From Alphaproteobacteria bacterium (GTDB taxonomy: Bacteria > Pseudomonadota > Alphaproteobacteria > UBA828): a stretch of 64,000 nt of DNA. The position numbers and the translations under genes were made by a program. The first letter of the stretch is position 1. Each line of letters begins with the position of its first letter. The notes below the pieces were generated by a model. That model saw only the letters and a list, made by a program, of their open reading frames with translations, made no database searches and was not told the origin of the DNA. The DNA lies in NCBI GenBank assembly GCA_965220745.1, contig CBDCQT010000012.1, forward strand, positions 352,001 to 416,000, written 5' to 3'. Positions 29,943 to 39,979 of the stretch are shown piece after piece.

Positions 29943-30983
29943 ATGCTGTGGCGAACATCCATCATGACACTGGCGGCCGGCGCACTTGCGCTCGGCATCG
30001 TCGGTGCCGCGAGCGCGAAGGACACCGTCCGGGTCGCGCACTTCAGCTGGCCGGGCTACGGCTTCCTCCATATCGCCAAGGCGAAGGGAATGCTGCCCGA
30101 GAACGTGGACCTCGAGATTTCGATCATCGAGGACCCGGTGCAAAGCATGGGCCTGCTCGCGAGCGGCCAGCTCGACATCGTGACCAGCACCATCGAGTTC
30201 GGCCCGATTGCGCTGGCCGAGGACATGCCGGTGAAGCTGCTCGGCCTCACCAATCTCGGCAACGGCTCGGACCGCATCATCGTTGGCCCGAACATCAAGT
30301 CGCCCGAAGACCTGAAGGGGAAGCAGGTCGGCGTGATCGAGGGCGGGCTGTCGCAGATCTACATGGCGATCTGGCTGGAGCAGCAGGGCATCAAGTGGGA
30401 CGAGGTGGAGATGGTGAACCTCTTCCCGGATGCCGCCGCCTCCGCGATGATCGCCGGCCAGCTCGATGCTGCCGAGCTCTGGGACCCCTACGGCCCGCAG
30501 GTGCTGGAAGAGCTCGCAGGCTCGCGCGAGATGAGCCATTCCGGCGAGGAATACTGGCTCAAGGAAGGCCTGATCGCCGACGCGATCTTCGTCTCCGACG
30601 CGTTCATCGCGGAGAACCGCGACCTGCTGGTGGCGCTGATCAAGTCCCGCTACGAGGCGGTCGAGTGGTGGCGCCAGAACCCCACCGAGGGCAACGAAAT
30701 GATCGCCGGGATCCTGCAGTGGGGCGTGCCGGACGTGGAGCCGATCCTCGGCGGCGTGAACAACCCCGACGACGGCACACTCTACATGTATAGTCTGGAG
30801 GAATCGGCGCAGTTCTGCGGCGTTGCCGAGGGCGAGCCGCCCTTCGGCCAGCGCAATGGCCAGCTGACCGACCACTGGGAGCTCACCAACAAGTGGTGGT
30901 TGACCTTTGGCCTGATGACCGAGACGGTCGCTCCGGCGGAGGGGATCGATTGCTCGATCCTCAAGGACGCGCTCGGCGGGTAA
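29943..30983 (+). CDS. NitT/TauT (SsuA/THI5-like) substrate-binding protein
   Basis: Signal peptide; WPGY, DLKGKQV, WDP. Confidence 0.85.
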   Translation: MLWRTSIMTLAAGALALGIVGAASAKDTVRVAHFSWPGYGFLHIAKAKGMLPENVDLEISIIEDPVQSMGLLASGQLDIVTSTIEFGPIALAEDMPVKLLGLTNLGNGSDRIIVGPNIKSPEDLKGKQVGVIEGGLSQIYMAIWLEQQGIKWDEVEMVNLFPDAAASAMIAGQLDAAELWDPYGPQVLEELAGSREMSHSGEEYWLKEGLIADAIFVSDAFIAENRDLLVALIKSRYEAVEWWRQNPTEGNEMIAGILQWGVPDVEPILGGVNNPDDGTLYMYSLEESAQFCGVAEGEPPFGQRNGQLTDHWELTNKWWLTFGLMTETVAPAEGIDCSILKDALGG

Positions 30984-30993
30984 GGTTGGGATG

Positions 30994-31020
30994 CGGGCGG
31001 CGCCGCAGGCGCGCCGCCCG
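30994..31020 (+). other. Intra-operon stem-loop after the SBP gene
   Basis: cgggcggcgc / gcgccgcccg 10-bp stem; no U tract. Confidence 0.4.
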
Positions 31021-31052
31021 TATCGCCCGGTACGGACCAGGGAGACGATCGA

Positions 31053-32573
31053 ATGGCGCTGCTTGAGATGCACGAATGGTACGACCTCGCGCGGGATACC
31101 AACTGGACTCCCGGCTACGTCGCCGAGGAGGAGATCTTCCCGCCCGAACTCAGCGATCCCTTTGGGATTTCGGTCGAGCAGTGGGAGACCTTCGACGAGC
31201 CCTACAAGGTCTGCTACCGGGACTACGTCGAGACCCAGCGCGACAAGGACATCGGCGCCTATTCAGTGAAGTCGGCGCTGGCGCGCGCGGACTTCTTCAA
31301 GAAGGCCACACCGCACTGGAAGGCGCTGCTCGCGCTGCACTTCAGCCCGATCGGCTTTGCCGAGTTCCACTCGGCGTCGGCCTTTGCGCGCATGACCCGG
31401 TTCAGCCGTGCGCCGGGGATGCGCAACATGGCGACCTTCGGCACGCTGGACGAAATGCGCCACGGCCAGATCCAGATGTATTTCGCCTACGAGTTCATCA
31501 AGCAGGACCGCGTCTTCGACTGGGCGCACAAGTCGTCCAAGACCGAGAACTGGATCATCATCAGCCTGCGTCACGCGCTGGACGACATCGAGCACACGCG
31601 CGACGCGATCAGCGCTGCGATCATGACCAACTTTGCCTTCGAGCAGGGCTTCACCAACCTGCAGTTCATCGGCCTCTCGGCGGATGCGGCAAAAGCCGGC
31701 GATCACACCTTCGCCACCATGCTGCAGAGCATTCAGACCGATGAGGCGCGGCATGCGCAGATCGGCACGCCGCTCATCAGCATCATGATCGAGAACGGGC
31801 GCAAGGCGGAGGCGCAGCGGCTGGTCGATATCGGCTTCTGGCGCATCTGGAAGCAGTTCTCCGCGCTCAGCGGCATCTCCATGGACTACTACACGCCGCT
31901 GGAGTTCCGCGAGCACTCGCTCAAGGAGTTCATGCACGAGTGGGTGGTCGATCAGTTCGCCCGCAACATGAAGGCGATCGGTCTCGATCTGCCCTGGTAC
32001 TGGGACTACTTCCTCCACGATATCGAGACCTTCCACCACTCGCAGCAGATCGGCGTCTACGTCTACCGCGCGACCGAATGGTGGCGACCGATCGCCTGCG
32101 TCTCGCCGGCCGAACGCGACTGGCTGGAGGAGAAGTATCCGGGCTGGAACGACACCTACGGCAAGTGCTGGGACGTGGTGATCGACAATATCCGGGGCGG
32201 CCGCTTCGAGAAGACGGTGCCCGAGGTGCCGCCGCTGATCTGCAACATGTGCGGGCTGGAGGTGACCGGAATGGGCGGCGCAGGCCGCCAGGTGAACGGA
32301 CGGCGTTGGAACGCCACGGATTTCCACCTCGACCACGCGGGCCGGCGCTATCACTTCTGTTCCGAGCCCTGCAAATGGGTCTTCGAGCTTGAGCCTACCC
32401 GCTATCAGGGCCACCGCAGCATCATCGACCGCGTGTTGGACGGCACCGTGCCGCCGGGCCCCGATGCCTTCTACGAGTACATGGGCCAGAGCTTCGAGGA
32501 ACGCGGCGTCTGCGGCTACGACTATCAGTGGGTCGACGGCTACGACCTGCCGCGCGCCGCGGCGGCCGAGTAG
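31053..32573 (+). CDS. tmoA: Soluble diiron monooxygenase alpha subunit (toluene/alkene group) with YHS domain
   Basis: E104, E134, H137, E197, E231, H234 (DEMRH, DEARH), T201/N202; YHFCSEPC. Confidence 0.9.
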   Translation: MALLEMHEWYDLARDTNWTPGYVAEEEIFPPELSDPFGISVEQWETFDEPYKVCYRDYVETQRDKDIGAYSVKSALARADFFKKATPHWKALLALHFSPIGFAEFHSASAFARMTRFSRAPGMRNMATFGTLDEMRHGQIQMYFAYEFIKQDRVFDWAHKSSKTENWIIISLRHALDDIEHTRDAISAAIMTNFAFEQGFTNLQFIGLSADAAKAGDHTFATMLQSIQTDEARHAQIGTPLISIMIENGRKAEAQRLVDIGFWRIWKQFSALSGISMDYYTPLEFREHSLKEFMHEWVVDQFARNMKAIGLDLPWYWDYFLHDIETFHHSQQIGVYVYRATEWWRPIACVSPAERDWLEEKYPGWNDTYGKCWDVVIDNIRGGRFEKTVPEVPPLICNMCGLEVTGMGGAGRQVNGRRWNATDFHLDHAGRRYHFCSEPCKWVFELEPTRYQGHRSIIDRVLDGTVPPGPDAFYEYMGQSFEERGVCGYDYQWVDGYDLPRAAAAE

Positions 32574-32582
32574 GCGCGTATC

Positions 32583-32843
32583 ATGGCCGACATCCCGCTC
32601 GCCGTGCTGCTCGAGGGCGACTACGGCTACAAGGTGCAGGTGTTCGACACCGGCGACACCATGGCGGTGCTGGCGGAGAAGGTGGCCGACCAGGTCGCGG
32701 GCGTCCTGGTGGCGCCGTTCCCGCCCGAGGCGGTTCTCAGGGTCCGCGTGCAGGGCAGCGCAGACCCGCTGCCCGACGAGCTGACCATCGCCGACGCCGG
32801 CTTCGTCGAGATGGAGTCCGTGGAAATCTACCGCGCCGGCTGA
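32583..32843 (+). CDS. tmoB: Diiron monooxygenase gamma subunit (TmoB-like)
   Basis: IPL...EGDY..V.DT.DTM; 86 aa directly after alpha. Confidence 0.8.
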   Translation: MADIPLAVLLEGDYGYKVQVFDTGDTMAVLAEKVADQVAGVLVAPFPPEAVLRVRVQGSADPLPDELTIADAGFVEMESVEIYRAG

Positions 32844-32874
32844 ACCAGCCGCTGCGGGCAAGGAGAAGACGAGC

Positions 32875-33168
32875 ATGACGACGGCAGACGACGCCGGCAA
32901 TCTCGTGGGCCCCGTGATGCGCGCGGGCGACATCGCCGACGCGGTGCTCGAAGCGATCCAGGAGGACAACGAGGGGCGCGAGGTCATCACCGAGGCTCAC
33001 GCGTCCTACATCCGAATCAAGGTCGCGGACGAGTGCTTCGTGCGCTTCGAGACGGTGGGCGACGTGCTCGGCCGCACCGTCACCCGCGGCGACATCGAGG
33101 CGAACATGCCGAGCTTCGCAGGGTTCATCCGCACCGAGCCGGACGGCATCCGGTTCGTCGCGCGCTAG
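32875..33168 (+). CDS. tmoD: Monooxygenase effector protein (TmoD/MmoB/DmpM)
   Basis: VGPVMRAGD.ADAV..AI..DN, YIRI, NMPSFAG.I. Confidence 0.88.
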   Translation: MTTADDAGNLVGPVMRAGDIADAVLEAIQEDNEGREVITEAHASYIRIKVADECFVRFETVGDVLGRTVTRGDIEANMPSFAGFIRTEPDGIRFVAR

Positions 33169-33179
33169 GAGGCTGTACC

Positions 33180-34169
33180 GTGACGGTCGAAGTCAAAGGC
33201 ATGAAGACGTGGAGCGGCCTCGCCAAGAAGAGGCGGCGGCCCAGCGAGTACGAAGTCGTCACCACCAACCTGCAGACCCGCACGCGGCACCCGGACCAGG
33301 CCTACGAGCTCTCGCCGGCGCCGGACCTGGGGATGAACCAGTTCTACAAGCAGAACGTCTCCGAGAGCCCGCTGCAGCATCCGGACTGGGAGGGTTTTCG
33401 GGACCCGGACGAGATGATCTATCGCGTCTACACGCGGATTCAGGACCAGCAGGAGCAGTACGTCGACGGCCTGCTCGACGAGCACAACGAGATCGGCCAC
33501 GACGCGACGCTCAGCGACGCGTGGCTCGACGCGCTGGAGCGGCTCTACACGCCCCGGCGCTTCCTTCAGATGGCGCTCCAAATGGGCGCGGCCTACCTGG
33601 TGCAAATTGCGCCGGCGAGCACGATTACCGCCTGCGCCGGGTTCCAGGACGGCGACGAGTTCCGCTGGCTCTCCCGCTGTGCCTACCGGGCGCGCGAGCT
33701 TCAGCGCGCGCACCCTTCGCGCGGCTTCGGCCAGACCGAGCGCCGCACCTGGGAGGAAGAGCCTGCGTGGCAGGGCTTCCGCGAGCTGCTGGAGAAGACG
33801 CTTGCCACCTACGACTGGGGCGAGCACTTCGTCGCGCTCAACCTGGTAGCGAAGCCGGCGGCGGACGAGGCGCACCGGCAGCTCGGCCGCATCGGGCGCC
33901 GCTTCGACGACGGGCTGCTCGGGCTGCTCGCCGACAACCAGATGCGGGACAGCGAGCGCTCACGGCGCTGGAGCGCGGCGCTCGTCGCCTTCTCGCTGGA
34001 GAACGAGGCGAACGCCGCCGTCCTCAACGGCTGGATCGAGAAGTGGATGCCGCTCGCGCGCCAGGCGGTCACGGCCTACTGCGGCGCCCTGCCCGAGCAG
34101 GACGACGCGACGGACGCGGCGCTTGCCGCAGTCGAGGCCTTCCACCGGAGCTTGGGACTCGACGCCTGA
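33180..34169 (+). CDS. tmoE: Diiron monooxygenase beta subunit (TmoE-like)
   Basis: KTWS.L..RRRPSEYEVVT, DW..FRDPD, YDWGE..VALNLVAKP; aggag RBS before GTG. Confidence 0.88.
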   Translation: MTVEVKGMKTWSGLAKKRRRPSEYEVVTTNLQTRTRHPDQAYELSPAPDLGMNQFYKQNVSESPLQHPDWEGFRDPDEMIYRVYTRIQDQQEQYVDGLLDEHNEIGHDATLSDAWLDALERLYTPRRFLQMALQMGAAYLVQIAPASTITACAGFQDGDEFRWLSRCAYRARELQRAHPSRGFGQTERRTWEEEPAWQGFRELLEKTLATYDWGEHFVALNLVAKPAADEAHRQLGRIGRRFDDGLLGLLADNQMRDSERSRRWSAALVAFSLENEANAAVLNGWIEKWMPLARQAVTAYCGALPEQDDATDAALAAVEAFHRSLGLDA

Positions 34170-34181
34170 GCCTCTACGCCC

Positions 34182-34886
34182 TCACCACGGGATGATGGTG
34201 CGCTCCGGCGCGTGCCAGAAGGCGGGCTGCGCGCCGGGCTCGACAGGCTCGACCTGATCGATTCGCTCGATCAGGGCGGCGGCGGCGTCCTCCGGCGGGC
34301 GCGCTTCCTGGCGCTCGTCGTCGAAGGTCATGGCGGTCGCCACCATGCCGGGGTGCAGGACCACCGCAGCGATGCCGCGCTGCGCGAGATCATGGGCGAG
34401 GTTGACCGCCACCATGTTGGCCGCGCACTTGGAGATGCGGTAGCCGTAGAGCCCGCCCGACTTATTGTCGCCGAGCGAGCCGATCCGGCTGGTGATGAAG
34501 GCGACCGTTGATCCGGGTTTCAGCTGGCCCAGCAGGGCTTCGGTCACGCGAAGGGGCCCGAGCGTGTTGACCTCGATTTGTCGGCGGATGGCATCGTAGT
34601 CGAGCGCGCCCAACGCGTCGCGCACCGCGATCCCGGCGTTGTTGATGAGCACGTCGATGGTGGTGTCCGTGCCGGCGAGCCTCCCCACGAGGGCCTGCAC
34701 CGCCTCGTCAGAGGTCACGTCCACGTCGGGCTCGACCCGGATGCCGAGCGCCCGTAGCGCGTCCGAGTCATCCAGGCAGGCCGCGATCACGGTGTCGCCG
34801 CGCGCGCGGTAAGCGCGGCAGAGCGCGTTGCCGATGCCGCGATCGGCGCCCGTGACCAGGACGACGCTCACGGCGCGGCCCGCCAC
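34182..34886 (-). CDS. SDR family oxidoreductase (CsgA-like)
   Basis: TGADRGIG, NNAG, YRISK, HPGMV; start may be 34871. Confidence 0.88.
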   Translation of the reverse strand: MAGRAVSVVLVTGADRGIGNALCRAYRARGDTVIAACLDDSDALRALGIRVEPDVDVTSDEAVQALVGRLAGTDTTIDVLINNAGIAVRDALGALDYDAIRRQIEVNTLGPLRVTEALLGQLKPGSTVAFITSRIGSLGDNKSGGLYGYRISKCAANMVAVNLAHDLAQRGIAAVVLHPGMVATAMTFDDERQEARPPEDAAAALIERIDQVEPVEPGAQPAFWHAPERTIIPW

Positions 34887-34901
34887 CCCGGCCGACGCCG
34901 C

Positions 34902-36917
34902 TTAGGCGACGCGGAGCGTGGGCTGCTCGTTGCGCGCCTGCCCCGGCACCTCCCAGTGGGCCGCGGTGCGGCGCCGCAGCATGTCGCGGAACTGCCGGGT
35001 GGTGTTGGGCAGAAGCTCGCCCGTGCCCCAGTCCACGATCACGCCGTACTGTCGGATCAGGTCGAGCGCGTCGAGCTCCTTGCTGCGGTACTTGGCCGCG
35101 ATGTCTTCCGCATCCACGTCGAGCCAGGCGTGGCGTTGCGCTCGGATGCGCTCGCGCTCGGCCGCGGTCGCTGCCTCGTCCACCTCGTATTCGGCGAGGT
35201 CGGCATCGATCTCGCGGACCACGACGCCGTAATCCTTCTTCGCCCGCTCGATGGAGACGTAGCCGTCGGCCACGTCCTCGCACACGGTTGCGGGATCGCG
35301 CGTGAGGGGGTCGCCGAGGCCGCCGCCGCCGGCGGACGGCCGGGTCACGGTATCGCCGGCCTCCACCGGCACGCCGGAGAAGATCGAGCCCAGGTAACGC
35401 TCGCCCTGCGTGCCGGGATTGACCCAGACGCCGTGCGGAATCGAAGGCAGCCCGCCCCAGAGGCCCCAGGTCACCGAGCGCTCGCGGTCGCAGCAGTAGG
35501 AGACCACCGAGCGCTCCGCCTTGGTGAGGATCGCGCCCTTCTCGACGCCGAGGCCGCCGCGCGAGTTGCCCGGCCCGCCGGAATCGACGATGAGCTCGTG
35601 GCCGGTGGTCAGCACCGGGGCGAGCCGCTCCTGCCCCTCGAAGGGCTGGGTGCCGAGCTGGACGCCGAAGACCGGCCCGGTGGCGCCCCAGCCGTCGCGG
35701 CCGTTGCGCGCGCCCCAGCCGCCCACCATCCAGTCGTACCACATGAAGTAGGGGCGGTCCTCCTTGCGGCCGTCGCGCCCGCCGATCAGCAGGTATTCGA
35801 GGTTGAAGGTGCAGGCCATGGCGCGCTCGGGCAGGATTTCGGCCCAAAGCTCGAACACCGAGTTCATGATCTTCTCGAAGGGGCCCGAGCAGAAGCCGGC
35901 AACCGGCGTCGGCCAGTCCGCGTTGACCACGGTGCCCTTCGGTCCGAGGTCCACGGTGACCACCCGGTAGAAGCCGGAGTTCAGCGGGATGTCGGGCGAT
36001 TGCATCTTGGTGCCGGCGACGATGGCCGCGAACGCGCCGCCGTAGCAGCAGTTGAGGAAGGTCGAGATCGTCTTCGGGTGCGAGCCGGAGAGGTCGTAGT
36101 GCACGCTGTCGCCGTCGATGGTCATCTTGATGCGGATCGGGATCAGCCCCTCGCCGGCGACCGGGTCCACGTCGATGTAGTCCTCGGTCTCCCACACGCC
36201 GTCGGGCAGCCTGGCGATGCGCTGGCGGGTCAGCGTCTCGACGTAGTCCTGCACTTCGGCGAAGGAGGTCTGGATCACGTCGACGCCGTACTTGTCACAG
36301 AGCCGGCCGACCTCCCGCTCGGCGACGTTGCAGGCCTCCGCCTGGGCCTGGAGGTCGCCGATGATGTCGGCGGGCGCGCGGGTGTTGTTGGCGATCAGCT
36401 CGGCCACGTCGGAGAGGTATTCGCCCTTGCTGTAGACCCGGACCGGCGTGATGCGCAGCCCCTCGGCCATGTGGTCGAGCGCGCTCACGTTGAAGGAGCC
36501 CGGCACCGCGCCGCCGACATCGGCCCAATGCCCGTTGGCCTGGGAGAAGCCCAGGTGGATGCCCTTGTAGAAGATGGGGCGGACGATGCGCGTGTCGTTG
36601 AAGTGGGTGCCGCCCTGGTAGACATCGTTGACGACGAAGGTATCGCCGGGGTGGATGTCATCGCCGAACTTGTTGATGACGGCCTGGGCGGTGTAGTGCA
36701 GCGTGCCCACGTGGGCGGCGATGTCGCCCGAGCCCTGCATGATGGTGTTGCCTTCGGTGTCGCAGATCGCCGAGGAAAAATCCCGGGACCAGATCACGAA
36801 GGAGTAGCAGGTGCGGAAGATCTGCTCCGCCATCTGGTCGACGATGTTGACGTAGGCGTTCTTGAGCACCTCGAAGGTCACGGGGTCGAGCGTGTAGCCT
36901 TCTCCGTTCTTGCTCAT
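34902..36917 (-). CDS. Hydantoinase B/oxoprolinase family protein (long C-terminus)
   Basis: DPVTFEV, GGTHFND, GHWADVGG, GGGGLGDP, YVSIERAKKDYGVV. Confidence 0.9.
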   Translation of the reverse strand: MSKNGEGYTLDPVTFEVLKNAYVNIVDQMAEQIFRTCYSFVIWSRDFSSAICDTEGNTIMQGSGDIAAHVGTLHYTAQAVINKFGDDIHPGDTFVVNDVYQGGTHFNDTRIVRPIFYKGIHLGFSQANGHWADVGGAVPGSFNVSALDHMAEGLRITPVRVYSKGEYLSDVAELIANNTRAPADIIGDLQAQAEACNVAEREVGRLCDKYGVDVIQTSFAEVQDYVETLTRQRIARLPDGVWETEDYIDVDPVAGEGLIPIRIKMTIDGDSVHYDLSGSHPKTISTFLNCCYGGAFAAIVAGTKMQSPDIPLNSGFYRVVTVDLGPKGTVVNADWPTPVAGFCSGPFEKIMNSVFELWAEILPERAMACTFNLEYLLIGGRDGRKEDRPYFMWYDWMVGGWGARNGRDGWGATGPVFGVQLGTQPFEGQERLAPVLTTGHELIVDSGGPGNSRGGLGVEKGAILTKAERSVVSYCCDRERSVTWGLWGGLPSIPHGVWVNPGTQGERYLGSIFSGVPVEAGDTVTRPSAGGGGLGDPLTRDPATVCEDVADGYVSIERAKKDYGVVVREIDADLAEYEVDEAATAAERERIRAQRHAWLDVDAEDIAAKYRSKELDALDLIRQYGVIVDWGTGELLPNTTRQFRDMLRRRTAAHWEVPGQARNEQPTLRVA

Positions 36918-36939
36918 TGTCTCTTCCTCGCTCTCTGCG

Positions 36940-38994
36940 TCAGCCTTCGGCCTGCGGGATGTGCATGACGATGGTGTGCCAGGGGTCGACCTCGGCCTTG
37001 AGGCCGGGCGGCACCAGCACCGTTGAATCGAGCTGCTCGATGATTGCCGGCCCTTCGACCACCGCGCCGGCATGCAGGGCGTCGCGGTCGTAGATGGGCG
37101 TCATGATCGGATCGGGCGCCTCGTCGAAGACCACCAGCCGCTCGGTCTCGGGCTCCGGCGCCGAGCGGTCCATCTCTTCCCTGGCGAACTCGGCCTTCTG
37201 CGAGAGCCCGGTGGCGGTGACGGTGAGGCGGTAAATCTCGACCGGCGCGTCGGGCCTGGAATAGTTGTGCTCGCGGCCGTGCTCCTCGTGGAACTGGGCG
37301 ATCGCCGCATCCAGCGAGCCGGCAGTCGCGTCCACCTTGATCGACATGGAGCGCCACTGGCCGAGATAACGCATGTCGACGAAGCGCTCGAACTGCATGC
37401 GGTCTTCGGTCACGCCCTCGTGCAGCAGCCGCTCGCGGCCTTCGTCTTCCAGCGTGCTGAAGGTCTGCTCGATCTCCTCGACCTTCGCCTCGTCGGTGGA
37501 GCGCAGATACATCTGCGACATGTCGTGCTTGATATCCACCAGCAGGCAGCCGAGGGCGGACGTGACGCCGGGGTTCGGCGGCACCAGCACGGTCGGGATC
37601 GAGAGGTCGCGGGCGAGCGCCACGCCGTGCAGCGGCCCGGCGCCGCCGAAGACGGTGAGCGCGAAGTCGCGCGGGTCGTAGCCCCGCCGGATCGAGACCA
37701 GGCGCACGGCGTCCGCCATGTTGGCGTTCGCCACCTGGAGGATGGAGACCGCAGCCTCCTGCACCGTGAGCCCGAGCGGGTCGGCGATGCGGCGCTTGAT
37801 CGCCTCCTCGGCGAGCGAGCGGTCCAACGTGACCGCACCGCCCGCGAGCCGGTCGCTGATGCGGCCGAGAACGATGTTGGCATCGGAGTTGGTGGGTTCC
37901 ACGCCGCCCCGGCCGTAGCAGGCGGGTCCGGGCGACGAGCCCGCCGACTGCGGCCCGTTGCGGAGCGAATTGGCCTCGTCGATCCAGGCGAGCGAGCCGC
38001 CGCCCGCGCCGATGGTCAGCACCTCGATGCTGGGGAAGCAGATCGGGTAGCCGTACTGCACGTACCAGTCGGTGGTGACGCGGAGGTTGCCCCGGTCGCA
38101 GAGCGAGACGTCGGTGCTGGTGCCGCCCATGTCGAGGCTGATGGAGTTCTCGTAGCCCGCGAGCTGGGCGACGAAGCGGCTCGCGATGGCGCCCGCCGCG
38201 ATGCCCGAGGCGGCGAGCCGGGCCGCGAATTTCGATGCCGTGCTCTCGGTCATCACGCCGCCGCCGGAGTGCAGCAGCAGGATGTCCTCCTCGTAGCCGC
38301 CTTCGCGGAGCCGCGTAGCGAGCCGGCCCACGTAATCGCCGGCAACGGGGGCAAGCACCGCGTTGGCCACGGTCGTGGAGAAGCGCTCGTGCTCGAAGAT
38401 CTCGGGCATGATCTCGCTGGAGAGCGAGATGGACGCGCCGGGCACTTCCTCCTCGAGGATGTCGCGCATGCGGCGCTCGTTCTCGGGGTTGGCGAAGGCG
38501 TTGGCGAAGCAGACCGCGATGGTCGTAACCCCGCGCTTGTTGATGATGCGCGCAGCCTCGCGCGCCTCGGCCTCGTTCACTGGCTCGATGATCGTGCCGC
38601 TGTAATCGATGCGCTCGCTGACCACCAGGCGGTTGCGGCGCTGGATGTAGGGCGGCGCCATCTCCTTGTAGGTGTCCCACAGGTCGTCGCGGGTGCCGCG
38701 CCGGATCTCGATCACGTCGCGGAAGCCCTTGGTGGTGACCATGATCGCGGGCGGGAAGTTGCGCGTGATCAACGCGTTGGTGGCGAGCGTGGTGCCGTGG
38801 GCGAAGAGCACCATGTCCTGGAGGTCCACCCCGCCGGCCTTGATGCCCTCTAGCACGCCGTCGATCGGATCCGGCGTCGTCGGGGTCTTGGCGACGCGCA
38901 TCTGGCCGCTCGCTTCGTCCAGGACGCACACGTCGGTGAAGGTGCCACCGACATCGCACGCGACGCGAACGGCCGCCCTCGAAACGTCATTCAT
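36940..38994 (-). CDS. Hydantoinase A/oxoprolinase family protein
   Basis: DVGGTFTD, HGTT.ATN, DMGGTSTD, GAGGGS, GPACY. Confidence 0.92.
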   Translation of the reverse strand: MNDVSRAAVRVACDVGGTFTDVCVLDEASGQMRVAKTPTTPDPIDGVLEGIKAGGVDLQDMVLFAHGTTLATNALITRNFPPAIMVTTKGFRDVIEIRRGTRDDLWDTYKEMAPPYIQRRNRLVVSERIDYSGTIIEPVNEAEAREAARIINKRGVTTIAVCFANAFANPENERRMRDILEEEVPGASISLSSEIMPEIFEHERFSTTVANAVLAPVAGDYVGRLATRLREGGYEEDILLLHSGGGVMTESTASKFAARLAASGIAAGAIASRFVAQLAGYENSISLDMGGTSTDVSLCDRGNLRVTTDWYVQYGYPICFPSIEVLTIGAGGGSLAWIDEANSLRNGPQSAGSSPGPACYGRGGVEPTNSDANIVLGRISDRLAGGAVTLDRSLAEEAIKRRIADPLGLTVQEAAVSILQVANANMADAVRLVSIRRGYDPRDFALTVFGGAGPLHGVALARDLSIPTVLVPPNPGVTSALGCLLVDIKHDMSQMYLRSTDEAKVEEIEQTFSTLEDEGRERLLHEGVTEDRMQFERFVDMRYLGQWRSMSIKVDATAGSLDAAIAQFHEEHGREHNYSRPDAPVEIYRLTVTATGLSQKAEFAREEMDRSAPEPETERLVVFDEAPDPIMTPIYDRDALHAGAVVEGPAIIEQLDSTVLVPPGLKAEVDPWHTIVMHIPQAEG

Positions 38995-39100
38995 TCCTAA
39001 CGGTCCTCTCCCTTATGTCCCTGCAACCGAAGGCTGCCGCCGCGCGCGGCGGCACAGCTTATGCGGAAGGCGCCCCGAGACCTAGAGCGAGAAAATCGCC

Positions 39101-39979
39101 CTAACACTTGAGGATGCGGCGGGCATTCTTGCCGGCGATGGCGGGGCGGAGCGCGGTCCACGCGTTGAACAGCGCCTCGTGAGCCTGCCAGGTTTCGTGG
39201 CTCAGGATGCGGACAATCACCAGGTCGCCGATGCGGGTGACGCCGGCCTCGGTGCCGTCCACGCCCGAGATCGCCTCGTGCACGTCGTCCTCGACATCCG
39301 GTGGCAGGTCCGGCGCGTAGCCGAACGCCATTGCCATGTGCAGCCGGCCGAGCCAGAGCCGCTGCAGCGCGGCGATGGTCTCGGGCGTGGTCGCCACCAG
39401 GCGGTCGAGGGCGACCAGGCGGCCGCCGATGACGATGCGGAACTCCGAGACCAGATGGTGGAAGCGGAAGACCTCGCCGTCGCCGTAGTGCACGCGGCCG
39501 GCCGAGACCATGTCGGTGGCGAAGAGCCGGGACGAGGGCTCCAGCGCGATCCGGTTGAGCCGGTGCACCCGGCTGCGGGCGAAGGGAATCGCCTCGTCCG
39601 GGCAGAACTCCAGCAGCGCGTCCGCGCCCACGTGGAGGTCCACGATCTCGCGCGAGACGGCGCCGTCCGGGCACTTGTAGAACTTGCTCGACGCGGTGGT
39701 GGTGAAGAGGGCGCGGGTGCCGGGCTCCAGCACGCCGTGGAAGTGCGAGACGTCGCCCTCGACGAAGCCGCCGCCGCTGTTCACCAGCAGCATGAACGGC
39801 TGGTCGTCGTGGTCCTGGTAGTGGTAGCCCTGCCACTGGAACGGGATGCGCCAGCAGAGCGGGTCGATTTCCGTGCGGCCGAGCCTGCTCGACGCGCGGA
39901 CGTTCATCAGCGCGTACTTACCGACGATCCATTCGGGATCAGGCTGTACCGGCGCGCTGCTCGGCTCCGTCATGCCCAT
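39101..39979 (-). CDS. ureD: Urease accessory protein UreD/UreH
   Basis: [32 protein letters not shown]...GE.F. Confidence 0.85.
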   Translation of the reverse strand: MGMTEPSSAPVQPDPEWIVGKYALMNVRASSRLGRTEIDPLCWRIPFQWQGYHYQDHDDQPFMLLVNSGGGFVEGDVSHFHGVLEPGTRALFTTTASSKFYKCPDGAVSREIVDLHVGADALLEFCPDEAIPFARSRVHRLNRIALEPSSRLFATDMVSAGRVHYGDGEVFRFHHLVSEFRIVIGGRLVALDRLVATTPETIAALQRLWLGRLHMAMAFGYAPDLPPDVEDDVHEAISGVDGTEAGVTRIGDLVIVRILSHETWQAHEALFNAWTALRPAIAGKNARRILKC

